Shown here piece after piece: positions 44,494 through 46,931 of a DNA stretch of 46,931 nt; the first letter of the stretch is position 1, and each line of letters opens with the position of its first letter. Under the pieces are notes generated by a model, which was not told where the DNA came from, did not search any database, and worked only from the letters and a program-made list of their open reading frames with translations. A program made the translations under genes and the position numbers. The stretch is from a virus (lineage: Duplodnaviria > Caudoviricetes): positions 1 through 46,931 of the IMG/VR virus record IMGVR_UViG_3300020045_006398; one strand, given 5' to 3'.

Positions 44494-44527
44494 AAAATAA
44501 GGGGAGGTCGTATTTCATCCCTCCCCT
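44494..44527 (-). terminator. Terminator-like hairpin
   Basis: AGGGGAGG/CCTCCCCT stem followed by TATTTT on the minus strand. Confidence 0.6.
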
Positions 44528-44540
44528 GTTGTGGTAATGG

Positions 44541-44987
44541 CTAAAGTCGCTTTTTGAATGCGTACACGGTCTGCATTTTAGTGGACTGCGTTCCAGTGCT
44601 TATCGCTCGAATCCTCCACCATGTAGGCAAAAAACCTCGCTCATCAGGATCGGTATCAAACCGGAGTACCTGCGATGTGGCCCCGTTTCCTGTTTCCGTA
44701 TCCATATTATACCATGCTGATCCAGCCAAGTCTAATGCAACCTGAAGGACGTAGGTAACTGCTGTTGATCCTGAAAGGGAATCAGACTTTACCCATACCT
44801 CAAGATCGCCCAGGTCTTTAAACCTGCGGGAAGTGGCAAAGGATGTGCCATTTGGATAATGGTAAACGGTATCTGCATTGGTGAGCGTGTCCGGTCCTGA
44901 CTCTCCGGTGTACAGTAGTGGCGCTTGTGCATTCGTAGAAAGTGCAAACGCCGTAAAAACGGCAATTAAAAAAAGGAATTTCCTCAT
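44541..44987 (-). CDS. Exported beta-sandwich protein
   Basis: Signal peptide MRKFLFLIAVFTAFALSTNA|Q; DTLTNADT; LQVALD...WY...WRIR jelly-roll-like pattern. Confidence 0.7.
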   Translation of the reverse strand: MRKFLFLIAVFTAFALSTNAQAPLLYTGESGPDTLTNADTVYHYPNGTSFATSRRFKDLGDLEVWVKSDSLSGSTAVTYVLQVALDLAGSAWYNMDTETGNGATSQVLRFDTDPDERGFLPTWWRIRAISTGTQSTKMQTVYAFKKRL

Positions 44988-45029
44988 TTTGAAATAGTAT
45001 TAAATGGTTAATTAATTAATTACGATCAG

Positions 45030-45680
45030 TTATATTCTTACCCGATCCCATCCAGCCAAAGTGAATGAGTCGATTAGTGTTTGCTCGAGTTGAAATGGTA
45101 TAAAATGAAGATCAGCGTACCGTCTACCAGCTTTGCAGTCTTTCAGAATTTCACGGCAAATAGTTACATATCCGATACTATCCCATTCGCTTCCGTAAAA
45201 GGTGAACATATCGACAGACGGGTAATTGTTTATTGATTGTTTGAAATCCTCGATGGTCGCTCCTGATGCCCATAGTTCTTGTTTGCCAGTTCCGAAATAC
45301 CACTTTCCGCCTGGGGTTCGTGTGAATATCTTTAGTTGGTACTGCTTATGATCGTTCGTCCCTTCTATGACCACCCACGCCCCGATTTGATTTGATCCGA
45401 ATGTAAAAGGCAGTGTCGTTATGTGGCTGACCACTTCGCCCAGATCGTATGAGCTTATTCCGCCACCTTCCCATAAGATTGAATCCTGAGGCGTGTCGAA
45501 TTTGATATACAAACCCACAAATTCAGGTGTGGTGTATTCGATATACTCCGTACAGGTATCGACCTCAATCGGATCGGACGGTGGATTGAGTATAGCGTTC
45601 CATTCCTCCAATGTCATGATCGGATCGAAATAACATGAGGTGAGGCAAAAGAATGAGGTGAGGATTAGTAAGTATTTCAT
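45030..45680 (-). CDS. Lipoprotein
   Basis: Lipobox CLTS|C after a short hydrophobic leader. Confidence 0.65.
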   Translation of the reverse strand: MKYLLILTSFFCLTSCYFDPIMTLEEWNAILNPPSDPIEVDTCTEYIEYTTPEFVGLYIKFDTPQDSILWEGGGISSYDLGEVVSHITTLPFTFGSNQIGAWVVIEGTNDHKQYQLKIFTRTPGGKWYFGTGKQELWASGATIEDFKQSINNYPSVDMFTFYGSEWDSIGYVTICREILKDCKAGRRYADLHFIPFQLEQTLIDSFTLAGWDRVRI

Positions 45681-45684
45681 TGGT

Positions 45685-45984
45685 TTAGTTTTTAATTACT
45701 ATGAGTGAATCACCAGTATCGACTATTAAGTATCCGTGCCATTCGATCATATTGTCATCTGTCTCTACGATATGCCTCCATGTTCCCCAATCGTCCTGAT
45801 ACGGTGTCAAAAGCCAATCACTTGTATATCCATTGTCGACATATACGGGTATCTGATACTCAACGATTGCACTTCCCCGTATCGGTTTGGTCATTCCGCA
45901 CCCGTACAGAAGCATTAGGAATAGTGTGATAACGATGACGAATAGCGTCCATCCGATCAGGTCGATTATTGATTGTTGTTTCAT
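45685..45984 (-). CDS. Lipoprotein-like small protein
   Basis: Hydrophobic leader ending LLYG|C; TAATG overlap with the fibre gene. Confidence 0.6.
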   Translation of the reverse strand: MKQQSIIDLIGWTLFVIVITLFLMLLYGCGMTKPIRGSAIVEYQIPVYVDNGYTSDWLLTPYQDDWGTWRHIVETDDNMIEWHGYLIVDTGDSLIVIKN

Positions 45985-46931
45985 TATGGATAGATTGCGC
46001 CTGATTTTAATTTATGAACATTGAGCGTTCTGGCTGTTGTCCCGACCGATTTCATTATAACAACCCTTGCCCCGTTTTTCACAGCATTGGGCATATTAGT
46101 CGTTACTCTTCCAACGTATGCCCCGTTTATGTATGCCCTTGCTTCTGTATTAGCCTTGTTGTGTTCTATCCTTATTACATAAAGTGACCCCGCTACGGCT
46201 GCCACATTAAGATCAACAGGAGTTGATTCCGCCCCTGCGTTGTCTTGCGTAAATAGTTCAAACTCGCCCGAATTAATACCATGAGAATATCTAATTGCAG
46301 TGGTATTGTTTTCTTCTAGGTTTGTGCCGACTGTACCCGTTAGCTGAACTTCGACAGTAAAAGTTTCAGATCCATCTGATAGAGTTGGTATAGATATAAC
46401 CGCCTCAATAAATTCATGTGACCCACCAAATGAGAAATTTTCGCCTATGCTTTCTGATGAGTACATGGTATATCCCCATGCAGAATTAGTGCTTGTGCTA
46501 AGCGTTGCACATCCTGGCAGTGTGCTTGTTGCATCGGTAATAGTTATTGTTCCAGTGCCTATTGCAAGGTGTCCTGTTCTGAATATAGTCGAAGATTGCC
46601 TTTCTGCACTCCAATCATAATACATAGTTGCCTTTCCGTCATCACTTTGCCCTATTATTCGCCATCCTGTATTTGTCAGATCATATACAACATCCACTGA
46701 TTGACCACCGTATAGTATAAATTCGCCTGATGATGGTGATAAAAACCTATGTGCCGCATCTGAATCAGGATGGGATGGATTTAGTATTACTGGATAAATT
46801 CCTGTATTGAAAATCGTCTTGTGCAAAGTCCCTGCAACCGAATCAACTATGCCCGTGATAGCCCTTATCCCATTATCCCCTGATATATAGACATACGTTG
46901 CCCGTCCTATTCCAGTCGGTGCGTAATTGTC
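45984..46931 (-). CDS. 3' part of the 1094-aa fibre-like protein (lectin/ConA-like C-terminal domain)
   Basis: In frame with ATG 2458 through the terminal repeat; beta-sandwich C-terminus (YVIRIEH...ARAYING). Confidence 0.8.
   Translation of the reverse strand, partial: DNYAPTGIGRATYVYISGDNGIRAITGIVDSVAGTLHKTIFNTGIYPVILNPSHPDSDAAHRFLSPSSGEFILYGGQSVDVVYDLTNTGWRIIGQSDDGKATMYYDWSAERQSSTIFRTGHLAIGTGTITITDATSTLPGCATLSTSTNSAWGYTMYSSESIGENFSFGGSHEFIEAVISIPTLSDGSETFTVEVQLTGTVGTNLEENNTTAIRYSHGINSGEFELFTQDNAGAESTPVDLNVAAVAGSLYVIRIEHNKANTEARAYINGAYVGRVTTNMPNAVKNGARVVIMKSVGTTARTLNVHKLKSGAIYP
46811..46931. repeat. Terminal direct repeat, right copy
   Basis: Identical to bases 1-121. Confidence 0.95.

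Noticed and set aside
1-46931. Stop-codon reassignment
   Set aside because: Conserved genes are full length in the standard code, and TAA, TAG and TGA all serve as stops.

Overview
The window is a complete, circularly assembled temperate tailed-phage genome of 46,810 bp: bases 1-121 are repeated exactly at 46811-46931. A Bacteroidota host is inferred from TAnnTTTG-type -7 promoter elements, A-rich translation starts, Gln directly after predicted signal-peptide cleavage sites, and the integrase architecture. Modules: packaging/head (terS, terL, portal with a DnaJ-type Zn finger, MuF-like protein; scaffold and major capsid elsewhere), siphovirus-like tail (tube, chaperone pair with a -1 frameshift, tape measure, tip proteins), lysis (holin-like plus a matrixin-amidase fusion), lysogeny (tyrosine integrase, attP, cI/cro switch), and replication/recombination (Prim-Pol/helicase with an iteron origin, SF2 helicase, VRR-NUC, RecE-like nuclease, two DNA methyltransferases). 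Three observations stand out. (1) The fibre-like proteins, including a 1094-aa gene spanning the contig ends that the ORF track splits, carry Sec-type signal peptides and run into lipoproteins and a putative beta-barrel, suggesting an exported receptor-binding or appendage module. (2) Four late promoters share an exact architecture (17-bp palindrome, 21 nt, NAATTTTG), and a candidate autoregulated activator gene is present. (3) A tRNA-like RNA with an expanded anticodon loop lies in an early operon punctuated by long-loop terminator-like hairpins. All protein calls come from motif recognition by eye; no database searches were run.
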